Assembly: GCA_043779265.1 (NCBI GenBank)
Contig: JAYWEM010000003.1
Coordinates: forward strand, 1-15,108
Length of the DNA: 15,108 nucleotides
Direction: 5' to 3'
From: a bacterium
GTDB lineage: Bacteria; Eisenbacteria; RBG-16-71-46
Part shown: positions 1 to 7,979 of the stretch, piece after piece
How positions within the stretch are numbered: position 1 is the stretch's first letter
Layout of the letters: each line of letters opens with the position of its first letter
Made by a program: the position numbers and the translations under genes
The notes under the pieces: generated by a model
Seen by the model: the letters and a program-made list of their open reading frames with translations, nothing else
Databases searched by the model: none
Told to the model about the DNA's origin: nothing

Positions 1-1
1 T

Positions 2-508
2 GTCGAGGACGCCGTGTTCGCCATGGTCGCCTTGCTGGATGAGACCATCCTGATGTCCAAGGGCGCGGCGCGCGATGCCTGGATCGGCAAGCCGCTACAG
101 CTCGAGCTCTACGGACGGCAACTCGCGGGCGAGGAGTTCTTCGACCGGCTCGAGAAGTTGCGCCGCGATCGGGATTCGCGGATCGAGGCGCTCGAGGTCT
201 ATGTCTGCTGCCTCGCGTTCGGCTTCATGGGTCGCATGCGATTGGGCCCGCCCGAGCGGCTCATCGAACTCCTCGGCGCCACGCAGCAGGAAGTGGCCTC
301 GGTGCGGGGCGGCGGTATCAGCGCGCTGGCGCCCAACTCGGGCAGGCGTGCCGAGCAGGTCGCCGAGGAGTCCTCGGGGCTCGCGTGGTGGATCCCGCCC
401 GCGGTGTTCATCCCCGCGGTGATCGTCAGCTTCCTCGTGGTGTGGCTCATCGCCCGGCTGACCGCCGGCGGTGCCGCGGATGCCATCCAGCGGCTGGTCG
501 CACGATGA
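2..508 (+). CDS. tssL: T6SS membrane-complex protein TssL (DotU/ImpK family), 5'-truncated by the window edge, no C-terminal OmpA domain
   Basis: The frame is open from base 2. It carries DotU motifs FAMVALLDETI, W..KPLQLELYG..LAGEEFFDRL and LEVYVCCLAFGFMGR, then one C-terminal hydrophobic helix (WWIPPAVFIPAVIVSFLVVWLIA) and a short tail. Stop TGA 506-508 overlaps the tssM ATG (ATGA). Confidence 0.9.
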   Translation, partial: VEDAVFAMVALLDETILMSKGAARDAWIGKPLQLELYGRQLAGEEFFDRLEKLRRDRDSRIEALEVYVCCLAFGFMGRMRLGPPERLIELLGATQQEVASVRGGGISALAPNSGRRAEQVAEESSGLAWWIPPAVFIPAVIVSFLVVWLIARLTAGGAADAIQRLVAR

Positions 509-3500
509 AGAAGGCCCCTGCCTGGTTGCCGTGGGTCATCGGCGGTTTCGCTCTGGCGTTGCTGCTCGTGCTGCTGGTCGTCTTCGTGAAGCTGCCCTGG
601 TTGCTGGCGCTGCTCCTCTATTTCGTCGCCGCTTTGGTGTCCGCGATCATGATGCTGGTGGGACAGCTCCGCCGCGCGCAGCAGGCGGAAGCGATCGAGC
701 AGACCATCTCGACCCAGGCCGATGCCGACATCGAACGCTCGACCCCCGGTCAGCTCGATGAGGTGCAGCGACTGAAGGCCGAGCTGCTCTCGGCGATCGG
801 TCAGCTCAAGCAGGCCAAGGGCGTCAAAGAGGACGCGCTCGCTCGGCTGCCCTGGTACATGGTGATCGGGCCGGCGGGGGCGGGGAAGAGCGAGTTGATC
901 CGCCAGAGCGGCCTCGAGTTCCCGCTCAAGGACGCGGCCAACAGCCCGCGCGCCGTGAAGGGCGTCGGCGGCACGCGCGGCTTCTCGTGGTGGCTGGCGC
1001 ACGAGGCGGTGATGCTCGACATGGCCGGGCGCACGCTGGCCACCGCCGCCTTCGATGACAGCGGCGACTGGCTCGCGTTCCTGCAGACGCTGCGCCGCCA
1101 GCGGCCGGAGAAGCCGATCCATGGCGTCCTCGTGGTCGTCGCAGTGGACCAGCTCGCCGATCAGCCCGAGGCTCGCGTCGACTCGATCGCCCGGGCCGCG
1201 CGCGAACGGCTCCAGGAACTGGTGCAGCACCTCGGCGTCGTGTTCCCGGTCTACGTGGTGTTCACGCGCTGCGATCGGGTGGCGGGCTTCGCCGAGTTCT
1301 TCGAGGAACTGACACTGGAGGAGCGCCGCGCCCCGTGGGGCGCCACGCTGTCACTGGCGCGCGCGAGGAGCACTGCGGCCGAGTCGCTCTTCGATGAGGA
1401 GTTCCGCGTCCTGATGGCCTCGCTCAGCGAGCGCCGCATGCCGCGTATGGCCGCGTGCGGCGAGCCGGTGACGCGCGCGCGCGCCTTCACGTTCCCGCTC
1501 CAGTTCGAGCGCGTCCGGCCGCAGCTGCGCCGCTTCATCCGCACGCTGTTCGAGCCCGTCGAAGCTCAGGAGGCGCCCGTGCCGCGCGGGTTCTATCTGA
1601 CGGCGGCGACGATGGGCGGCGAGCCCACGGATCGCGTGCTGCAGCCCGCGGTGCGCTCGCTCGGGCTCTCGGTGCGGGCCAGCCAGAGCGGGGCGGCGCC
1701 CCGTCCCGGGTCGTGGTTCGTGCGCGACCTGCTGGCCGATGTCGTGTTCCCGGACCAGGGCCTTGCGGTCACCTCACAGGGCGCCAAGGGCGTTCTGCGC
1801 CATCGCGACCGCCTGCTGGTCGGCGTGTTCGGCATCGCATGGCTGGCGCTGACGCTGCTGTTCAGCACGTTCTCGTGCATCAACGGCGCAGCGGTCGGGA
1901 ACACGCGCCGCGCCGCCACCGAGGTGGTCGGCCGCGTGCGCGCCGAGGCCCCGATCGTGGACAATCTGCGCGCGCTCGAGCGACTTCGCGGCGGCGCGCA
2001 TGCCCTCGACTCGCTCACGACGTCGCGCCCGTGGTGGCGCAGCTGGGGTGCGTGGTCGGGCGGAGTCGCAGCGCCTCCCGCGCTGTCGCTGTGGACCGAT
2101 CGCACCGCCGAGCACCTCGTGGCTCCCGCCGTGAAGCAGATGGAGCTCGAGCTGCAGCAGCTCACGAACAGTGGCGCGGGGACGTTCTTCGACTACTACC
2201 GCCTCTACCGTGCCTGGCGCCTGTTGTCCGACCCCACGCGCATCATCCCCGAGGATGCCGACTTGTTGGCCCGTGAGGTCACGCGTGCGTTGCAGAGCCG
2301 ACTCGATGTGAGCGGCGCCGGGCCCGAGGAGCGTCGCGAGTATCCGGAGCTGGTCCGCCGCCAGCTGGCGTTCGTGGCGCGGCATCCGCGTGCGCTCTCC
2401 GAGGTGGCGAGCCGCTACTACGAGAGTGCCGATGCGACCCTCGCCGCCAATGGTGCCGCGAGGGTGCGTGACACGTGGAGCCCGGAGCCGTTCGCAGCCG
2501 CGCTGATCGAGGAGGTGTCGCGCCGTTCGCCGGCCATCTCGTACGAGTCGCTGGCGGGGGCCTCCACGATCATGAGCAGCACGCACAGCGTGCCCGGGGC
2601 TTTCACGCGCAAGGCGTTCGAGGAGATCGTCCAGCCGGGTGTCGAGGACATGAGGCGTCTCGTCAGTCGCGACTGGCTGCTGACCGACGTGTTCGGAGGC
2701 CGCCCGCCCGCGCTCGCCGACGACGTGGCACGGCTCTACGCCAATCGCTACTCCGAGTCGTGGACGCAGTTGCTCGAGTCCGTTCAGTACGCCGACGCCC
2801 GCGACATGGGGCAGTCGGCCGAGATGCTCAAGCTGCTCGCCAAGGGCGACTCGCCGCTCTTCAAGCTGCTGCGCGGCGTTCGAGACGAGACGGTGCTGCC
2901 TGCCGCTCCTGACAGTCCGTTCGGCCGCGTCTCGACCGACTTCGCCATCCTCAAGGACTTCTTCGAGACGCGCGGCGGCGGAGCCGATCGCGTGACCGGC
3001 TTCCTGACCCGATTCTTCCAGAAAAAGCCGGGCGAGGGCGGCGACGCCCTGGCGCAGAATCAGTCGCCGAGCGCCGTCTACCAGGGGTTCCTGCAGGCCT
3101 CGCAGATCGAGATCAACAAGGTCGCTCAGCCGGGCGCTCCCGCGGCCGACATCCGCAAGCTGATGGCGAGTGGGGATGACACCACGAACCCGCTTCGCCA
3201 GCTGGTCGCCTACGCGCAGTCGCTGCAGGAGTTCTACGGCGAGGCCCCGGCGGCGGCGCCGACGGCCCGGTTGCTTGCGGCGCCGATCACCGGCGCGCGT
3301 GCGATCGTGGCCAGCCGAGGACTCAACCCGGCGATGGCCACCGCGTGGAAGGCGCAGGTGCTCGAGCCGTTCCAGCGTGCCCTCGCGGGCAAGTACCCCT
3401 TCGCCGCGTCGCGCGAGGAGGCGAGTCTCGATGACTTCGCCGAGGCGTTCGGCCCGACGGGATACGTCTGGACGTACTACGAGCAGAACCTCGCGGCCTT

Positions 3501-4077
3501 CCTCAACGAGGATGGCAGCCCCAAGGGCGCCGAGAAGCCGCCGGTGTCCGCGGCGCTCATCTCGTTCTACGAGCAGGCGTTCCGAGTGCGGCAGGCGTTC
3601 TTCTCCGCCGGTGGCTCAGCGGCACTCAACTTCACGCTGCGTACATCGTCGCAGGACATCGATCAGGGTGGGCTCGTCGTCCGTCGCATCGTGTTCGGCG
3701 TCGGCGGCGCCACGGCGATCTACTCGATGGGGCCTCCGATCGAGGAGAGCCTGCGCTGGCCCGGCGACGATCCGACCTCGGGAGCGGCGCTGCGCGTGGT
3801 CGCGGCCGCCCCGCTCGACCCCAAGAAGAAGCGCAAGAAGAACGATCCCGAGCCCATGCTCGACATCCCCGGCAAGACCGGCGTCGGGCTGTGGGGACTG
3901 TTCCGGCTGCTCGATCAGGCCTCGAACGTGTCCGATTCGGGCTCCGGAGGCCGGGCGAGCTGGACCTTCGAGTCGGGGGGCAAGCGCGTCCGAGTGACGC
4001 TGGAGCTGCAGGGAACCACCGTGCACCATCCGTTCTCCCGCGGTGGCCTGCGCCTGACCCTGCCGAGCTCGCTTTAG
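505..4077 (+). CDS. tssM: T6SS membrane-complex protein TssM (IcmF/ImpL family), about 1190 aa
   Basis: Start placed at ATG 505 (ATGA overlap with tssL), not the ORF-track start at 385. Two N-terminal hydrophobic helices; LPWYMVIGPAGAGKS (Walker A); IHGVLVVV; LGVVFPVYVVFTRCDRVAGFAEFF; PRGFYLT; third helix LLVGVFGIAWLALTLLF; VPGAFT; GKYPF...DDFAEAFGPTG; G.WGLFRLLD near the C-terminus. Confidence 0.93.
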   Translation: MKKAPAWLPWVIGGFALALLLVLLVVFVKLPWLLALLLYFVAALVSAIMMLVGQLRRAQQAEAIEQTISTQADADIERSTPGQLDEVQRLKAELLSAIGQLKQAKGVKEDALARLPWYMVIGPAGAGKSELIRQSGLEFPLKDAANSPRAVKGVGGTRGFSWWLAHEAVMLDMAGRTLATAAFDDSGDWLAFLQTLRRQRPEKPIHGVLVVVAVDQLADQPEARVDSIARAARERLQELVQHLGVVFPVYVVFTRCDRVAGFAEFFEELTLEERRAPWGATLSLARARSTAAESLFDEEFRVLMASLSERRMPRMAACGEPVTRARAFTFPLQFERVRPQLRRFIRTLFEPVEAQEAPVPRGFYLTAATMGGEPTDRVLQPAVRSLGLSVRASQSGAAPRPGSWFVRDLLADVVFPDQGLAVTSQGAKGVLRHRDRLLVGVFGIAWLALTLLFSTFSCINGAAVGNTRRAATEVVGRVRAEAPIVDNLRALERLRGGAHALDSLTTSRPWWRSWGAWSGGVAAPPALSLWTDRTAEHLVAPAVKQMELELQQLTNSGAGTFFDYYRLYRAWRLLSDPTRIIPEDADLLAREVTRALQSRLDVSGAGPEERREYPELVRRQLAFVARHPRALSEVASRYYESADATLAANGAARVRDTWSPEPFAAALIEEVSRRSPAISYESLAGASTIMSSTHSVPGAFTRKAFEEIVQPGVEDMRRLVSRDWLLTDVFGGRPPALADDVARLYANRYSESWTQLLESVQYADARDMGQSAEMLKLLAKGDSPLFKLLRGVRDETVLPAAPDSPFGRVSTDFAILKDFFETRGGGADRVTGFLTRFFQKKPGEGGDALAQNQSPSAVYQGFLQASQIEINKVAQPGAPAADIRKLMASGDDTTNPLRQLVAYAQSLQEFYGEAPAAAPTARLLAAPITGARAIVASRGLNPAMATAWKAQVLEPFQRALAGKYPFAASREEASLDDFAEAFGPTGYVWTYYEQNLAAFLNEDGSPKGAEKPPVSAALISFYEQAFRVRQAFFSAGGSAALNFTLRTSSQDIDQGGLVVRRIVFGVGGATAIYSMGPPIEESLRWPGDDPTSGAALRVVAAAPLDPKKKRKKNDPEPMLDIPGKTGVGLWGLFRLLDQASNVSDSGSGGRASWTFESGGKRVRVTLELQGTTVHHPFSRGGLRLTLPSSL

Positions 4078-4115
4078 GCGCGAGGAGGGGCAGTAGGCGG
4101 GCGGGCACTCCCATC

Positions 4116-4145
4116 TTGCTGTCCCACCTAGGTTTGCACTAGTCT
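4116..4145 (+). promoter_or_regulatory. Candidate sigma70-type promoter for the tssA-clpV transcript
   Basis: TTGCTG (4116-4121), an 18-bp spacer and TAGTCT (4140-4145, fits TANNNT), in a relatively AT-rich patch of the largest intergenic gap. Pattern match only. Confidence 0.35.
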
Positions 4146-4152
4146 GCCGGCA

Positions 4153-4175
4153 GTGCGCGCCAGGATGGCGCTCAC
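4153..4175 (+). promoter_or_regulatory. Stem-loop exposing AGGAU; candidate CsrA/RsmA-binding element in the tssA leader
   Basis: GTG-c-GCGCC-AGGAT-GGCGC-t-CAC: a 5-bp stem plus a 3-bp extension, with GGA (4163-4165) in the loop. More GGA motifs at 4206, 4222 and 4227. Confidence 0.4.
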
Positions 4176-4231
4176 CGCGTGTGGCCCCCTGAACCGGGGG
4201 CTTGTGGAGTCTTCCCCCCAGGGACCGGACC

Positions 4232-5260
4232 ATGAGCGCGATCGACGTCGAACAGCTCCTCCAGGAGATCGGCCCCGATGATCCGTGCGGGCCCGACCTC
4301 GAGTACGACGCCGCCTTCCTCGAGCTGAGCCGCGAGGCCCAGGGCAAGCCCGCTCAGGAGATGGGTGGCCAGGTCATCGCCGCCGAGGAGCCCGACTGGC
4401 GCGATGTCCGCAGCCGTGCGCTCGATCTGCTCGCTCGTAGCAAGGACCTGCGCGTCGCCACGATCCTCGCCCGGGCTCTGCTCCACACCGAGGGCCTCCC
4501 CGGTTTCGCCGATGGCGTGACGCTCCTTCGCGGGCTGGTCGAGCGGCATTGGCAGGGCGTCCATCCCAAGCTCGACCCCGACGACAGCAACGACCCGGCG
4601 ATGCGCGTCAACACCCTGCTCGCCCTCGCCGATCGCGATCAGACGCTCAATGCGCTGCGCGCCATCGCGCTCGCCGATTCGCGCCGCGTCGGCCGCTACA
4701 ACCTGCGCGATCACGAGATCGCGACGGGAGCGCTGCCGAGGCCCGAAGAGGGCGGAGCGGATATCGCGTCGGTCGATGCGGCGTTCCTCGACATGGATGT
4801 GGCCCAGCTGCAGGCGACCGCGGATGCCGCGGGCCGCTCGCTCGAGCAGATCCAGGCCCTCGAGTCCTCCCTCGACTCGCACGCCGGCTCGGCCTCGGCC
4901 GATTTCACGCCGGTGCGCGCCACGCTCAAGGCGATGAACCACCTGCTCACCACCCAGCTCGCGAGGCGAGGTGTCGGTGATGGCGCGGTTTCCGAGTCGG
5001 GCGAATCCGTGGGCGGCTCGGAGGCGGGAGGAGGCAACGTGCAGGCGATCGGCGGCATCCGGACGCGCGAGGACGTGGTGCGCGTGCTCGACCAGGTGTG
5101 CGACTGGTACCAGCGCACCGAGCCCTCGAGCCCCGTCCCGCTGCTGCTCCAGCGCGCCAAGCGACTGGTGACCAAGAACTTCGTTGAGCTGATGCAGGAC
5201 CTCTCGCCCGGCGGCATGAGCGAGATCCGGACCATCGCAGGCCTCGATTCGGATTCGTAG
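4232..5260 (+). CDS. tssA: T6SS protein TssA (short TssA1/ImpA type), 342 aa
   Basis: ATG 4232 follows AGGGA (4220-4224). ImpA_N motifs LL.EI.PDDPCGPDLEYDAAF, EEPDWRDV, RSKDLRVA, W.GVHP.LD; Gly/Ser linker; C-terminal IRTREDV...WY.RTEPSSPVPLLLQRAKRL typical of short TssA. Confidence 0.95.
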   Translation: MSAIDVEQLLQEIGPDDPCGPDLEYDAAFLELSREAQGKPAQEMGGQVIAAEEPDWRDVRSRALDLLARSKDLRVATILARALLHTEGLPGFADGVTLLRGLVERHWQGVHPKLDPDDSNDPAMRVNTLLALADRDQTLNALRAIALADSRRVGRYNLRDHEIATGALPRPEEGGADIASVDAAFLDMDVAQLQATADAAGRSLEQIQALESSLDSHAGSASADFTPVRATLKAMNHLLTTQLARRGVGDGAVSESGESVGGSEAGGGNVQAIGGIRTREDVVRVLDQVCDWYQRTEPSSPVPLLLQRAKRLVTKNFVELMQDLSPGGMSEIRTIAGLDSDS

Positions 5261-5351
5261 ACCAGTTGTAACCGCAGCAGTCGTCCACCCGGATGTGACC
5301 CATCCCGCTTCCCGTCCCCGGAGCCTCGGCCCCGGCCGGAGGAGGTGCCAC

Positions 5352-5864
5352 TTGGCCAAGCAGAGCAGCCAGAAATTCGTCGCCCGCAATCGGGCGCCGC
5401 GTGTCCAGATCGAGTACGACGTCGAGCTCTACGGGGCGGAGAAGAAGATGCAGCTCCCCTTCGTCATGGGCGTCATGGCCGATCTCTCGGGCAAGTCCGG
5501 TGACGAGCTGCCGGCCGTGGCCGATCGCAAGGCCCTCGAGATCGACGTGGACAACTTCGATGAGCGCCTCAAGGCGATGAAGCCCAAGGTGCAGTTCACG
5601 GTCCCGAACACGCTGACCGGTGAGGGCAACCTCGCGGTCGACATCACGTTCGAGAACATGGACGACTTCTCGCCCGCGGCAGTGGCTCGCAAGGTGGATT
5701 CCCTGCGCAAGCTGCTCGAGGCACGCACGCAGCTGTCGAACCTCAAGACGTACATGGACGGCAAGACCGGGGCCGAGAAGCTCATCGGCAAGGTGCTCCA
5801 GGACCCGGCCCTGCTTCAGGCGCTGGCGTCGGCTCCCAAGCCCGACGCGGGCGAGGAGGGCTGA
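5352..5864 (+). CDS. tssB: T6SS contractile sheath small subunit TssB (VipA), 170 aa, TTG start
   Basis: SD GGAGGAGG (5338-5345) precedes TTG 5352. Motifs SSQKFVARNRAPRVQIEYDVELYGAEKK.QLPFVMGVMADLSG and MDDFSPAAVARKV..LRKLLEARTQL. Confidence 0.97.
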   Translation: MAKQSSQKFVARNRAPRVQIEYDVELYGAEKKMQLPFVMGVMADLSGKSGDELPAVADRKALEIDVDNFDERLKAMKPKVQFTVPNTLTGEGNLAVDITFENMDDFSPAAVARKVDSLRKLLEARTQLSNLKTYMDGKTGAEKLIGKVLQDPALLQALASAPKPDAGEEG

Positions 5865-5868
5865 CGCG

Positions 5869-7359
5869 ATGGCCGACGAACAGCAGGAAGCAGCCGCGGC
5901 TCAAGGCGGTACCGTCGAGCTGAGCGAGTTCTCCTCGCTCCTCAAGAAGGAGTTCAAGACCAAGTCCGATCGCGCCAAGGATGCGGTCGAGACGGCGGTC
6001 CAGACGTTGGCCGAGCATGCACTCTCGGCCTCGACGCTGATCTCGGATGATGCGCTCAACACGATCGACGCGATCATCGCGGCCATCGATCAGAAGCTGA
6101 CCGAGCAGATCAACCTGATCATGCACAACGAGGAGTTCCAGCAGCTCGAAGGCGCGTGGCGGGGGCTTCACTACCTGGTCAACAACACCGAGAGCGACGA
6201 GATGTTGAAGATCCGCGTCTTCAACATCAGCAAGAAGGATCTCCACAAGACGCTCAAGAAGTTCAAGGGCACCGCGTGGGACCAGAGCCCCATCTTCAAG
6301 AAGGTCTACGAAGAGGAGTACGGTCAGTTCGGCGGGCAGCCCTACGGCGCGCTCGTGGGCGACTACCACTTCGACCACAGCCCGATGGATGTCGAGCTGC
6401 TGGGCGAGATGGCGCAGGTGGCCGCGGCGTCGCACGCTCCGTTCATCACCGGTGCCTCTCCGACCCTGATGCAGATGGACTCGTTCCAGGAGCTGGCCAA
6501 CCCGCGCGATCTGACCAAGATCTTCCAGACGCCGGAGTACGCTGCATGGAGGTCGCTGCGGGAGTCCGATGATGCTCGCTATCTCGGGCTGTGCATGCCG
6601 CGCTATCTCTCGCGTCTGCCGTACGGCGCCAAGTCCAACCCGGTCGAGGAGTTCTCGTTCGAGGAGGACACCGAGGGGGCGACCCACGAGAAGTTCACGT
6701 GGGCCAACGCCGCCTACGCCATGGCCGTGAACATCAATCGCTCGTTCAAGGAGTACGGTTGGTGCTCGCAGATCCGCGGCGTCGAGTCCGGCGGCGCGGT
6801 GCCGAATCTCCCGGTGCACACGTTCCCCACAGACGATGGTGGTGTGGACATGAAGTGCCCGACCGAGATCGCGATCAGCGACCGTCGCGAGGCGGAACTG
6901 GCCAAGAACGGCCTGATGCCGCTCATCCACCGTAAGAACAGCGATGTCGCGGCGTTCATCGGAGCCCAGTCGCTGCAGAAGCCGGCGGAGTACGAGGATC
7001 CCGATGCGACCGCGAACGCGAATCTCGCGGCTCGCCTGCCGTATCTGTTCGCGAGCTGCCGCTTCGCGCACTACCTCAAGTGCATCGTCCGCGACAAGAT
7101 CGGCTCCTTCAAGGAGCGGGCCGACATGGAGACGTGGTTGAACAACTGGGTGGGGCAGTACGTCCTGACCAACCCGGCCACGGCCACCGATGCCGACAAG
7201 GCCCGCAAGCCGCTCGCGGGCGCCGAGGTCGTCGTCGAGGAGATCGAGGGCAATCCGGGCTACTACTCCTCGAAGTTCTTCCTGCGCCCGCACTACCAGC
7301 TGGAGGGCCTCACGGTCTCGCTCCGCCTGGTGTCCAAGCTGCCTTCCGGAAAGAAGTGA
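5869..7359 (+). CDS. tssC: T6SS contractile sheath large subunit TssC (VipB), 496 aa
   Basis: ATG 5869 with GAGGAGG inside the tssB 3' end. Motifs FQQLEGAWRGLHYLV, WDQSPIFKKVYEEEYGQFGG, RLPYG, IRGVESGG, KCPTEIAISDRREAEL, RFAHYLK..RDKIGS, LRPHYQLEGLTVSLRLV. Confidence 0.98.
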   Translation: MADEQQEAAAAQGGTVELSEFSSLLKKEFKTKSDRAKDAVETAVQTLAEHALSASTLISDDALNTIDAIIAAIDQKLTEQINLIMHNEEFQQLEGAWRGLHYLVNNTESDEMLKIRVFNISKKDLHKTLKKFKGTAWDQSPIFKKVYEEEYGQFGGQPYGALVGDYHFDHSPMDVELLGEMAQVAAASHAPFITGASPTLMQMDSFQELANPRDLTKIFQTPEYAAWRSLRESDDARYLGLCMPRYLSRLPYGAKSNPVEEFSFEEDTEGATHEKFTWANAAYAMAVNINRSFKEYGWCSQIRGVESGGAVPNLPVHTFPTDDGGVDMKCPTEIAISDRREAELAKNGLMPLIHRKNSDVAAFIGAQSLQKPAEYEDPDATANANLAARLPYLFASCRFAHYLKCIVRDKIGSFKERADMETWLNNWVGQYVLTNPATATDADKARKPLAGAEVVVEEIEGNPGYYSSKFFLRPHYQLEGLTVSLRLVSKLPSGKK

Positions 7360-7365
7360 CCATCG

Positions 7366-7395
7366 GCCGTGCGGGGTGATGAACCCCCGCACGGC
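7366..7395 (+). repeat. Perfect 11-bp inverted repeat between tssC and hcp
   Basis: GCCGTGCGGGG (7366-7376), loop TGATGAAC, CCCCGCACGGC (7385-7395). No U-tract follows. Confidence 0.8.
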
Positions 7396-7454
7396 GAGTT
7401 CCCACCGAGTGAGTGGACGGTGCGCCGAGGCGAGCCGTCGAGGAGGAGGTCGCG

Positions 7455-7931
7455 GTGATCCTGATCAACTTCGCGAAGCAGATCAAAGGTCAATCCACGG
7501 TGGACAAGCACACCGAGTGGATCAATGTCGACTCGATGCAGCTCGGCGTGGGACGCTCGATCTCGAGCCAGGTTGGAGGCAGCGCGAAGCGCGAGGCCTC
7601 GTCTCCGAGCCTGAGTGAGACGACGTTCAGCCGGACCAGCGACATGGCGTCGCCCGAGCTGTTCTTCCAGGCGTGCGGCGGAGTCAGCCTGGGCGCCTGC
7701 ACCATCCACATCCTGCAGGTGGTGGACAACAAGCCCGAGGTGTTCGTCACGATCCTCCTCGAAGAGGCGATGGTCTCGAGCTACTCGGTGAGCTCCGGCG
7801 GCGACAATCCGACCGAGAGCTTCTCCGTCAACTTCACCAAGATCTCGTATCAGTACGATACGTACGACGGCAAGAAGATCACGACCGGCACGCCCAAGAA
7901 GTGGGACCTGAGCCAGAACAAGACCTACTGA
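7455..7931 (+). CDS. hcp: T6SS tube protein Hcp (TssD), 158 aa, GTG start
   Basis: Strong SD AGGAGGAGGT (7441-7450) before GTG 7455. Motifs IKGQS...H.EWI.VDS.QLG, D.ASPELF.ACG, I.LEEAMVSSYSVS, PTESFSVNFTKISYQY and terminal WDL..NK; canonical position after tssC. Confidence 0.93.
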   Translation: MILINFAKQIKGQSTVDKHTEWINVDSMQLGVGRSISSQVGGSAKREASSPSLSETTFSRTSDMASPELFFQACGGVSLGACTIHILQVVDNKPEVFVTILLEEAMVSSYSVSSGGDNPTESFSVNFTKISYQYDTYDGKKITTGTPKKWDLSQNKTY

Positions 7932-7948
7932 TCCGGCCTTCCCGCGAT

Positions 7949-7979
7949 GCGTGCGCCCGCCCCCACGGTGGGCGCACGC
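7949..7979 (+). repeat. 13-bp hairpin just downstream of hcp (possible attenuator or mRNA 3'-end stabiliser)
   Basis: GCGTGCGCCCGCC (7949-7961) pairs with GGTGGGCGCACGC (7967-7979), with one G-U pair and a 5-nt loop. No clear U-tract. Confidence 0.75.

Noticed and set aside
3021..3027. GAAAAAG in tssM as a possible slippage or frameshift site, by analogy with poly-A slippage described in Citrobacter tssM
   Set aside because: Only five A residues, not a canonical slippery heptamer, and the frame is already full length.
4103..4120. Sigma54-like element GGCAC...TTGCT upstream of tssA
   Set aside because: The GG-to-GC spacing is 12 nt, not the strictly required 10 nt.
7366..7979. Calling the hcp-flanking hairpins intrinsic terminators
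   Set aside because: Neither has a U-tract, so they are reported only as inverted repeats.
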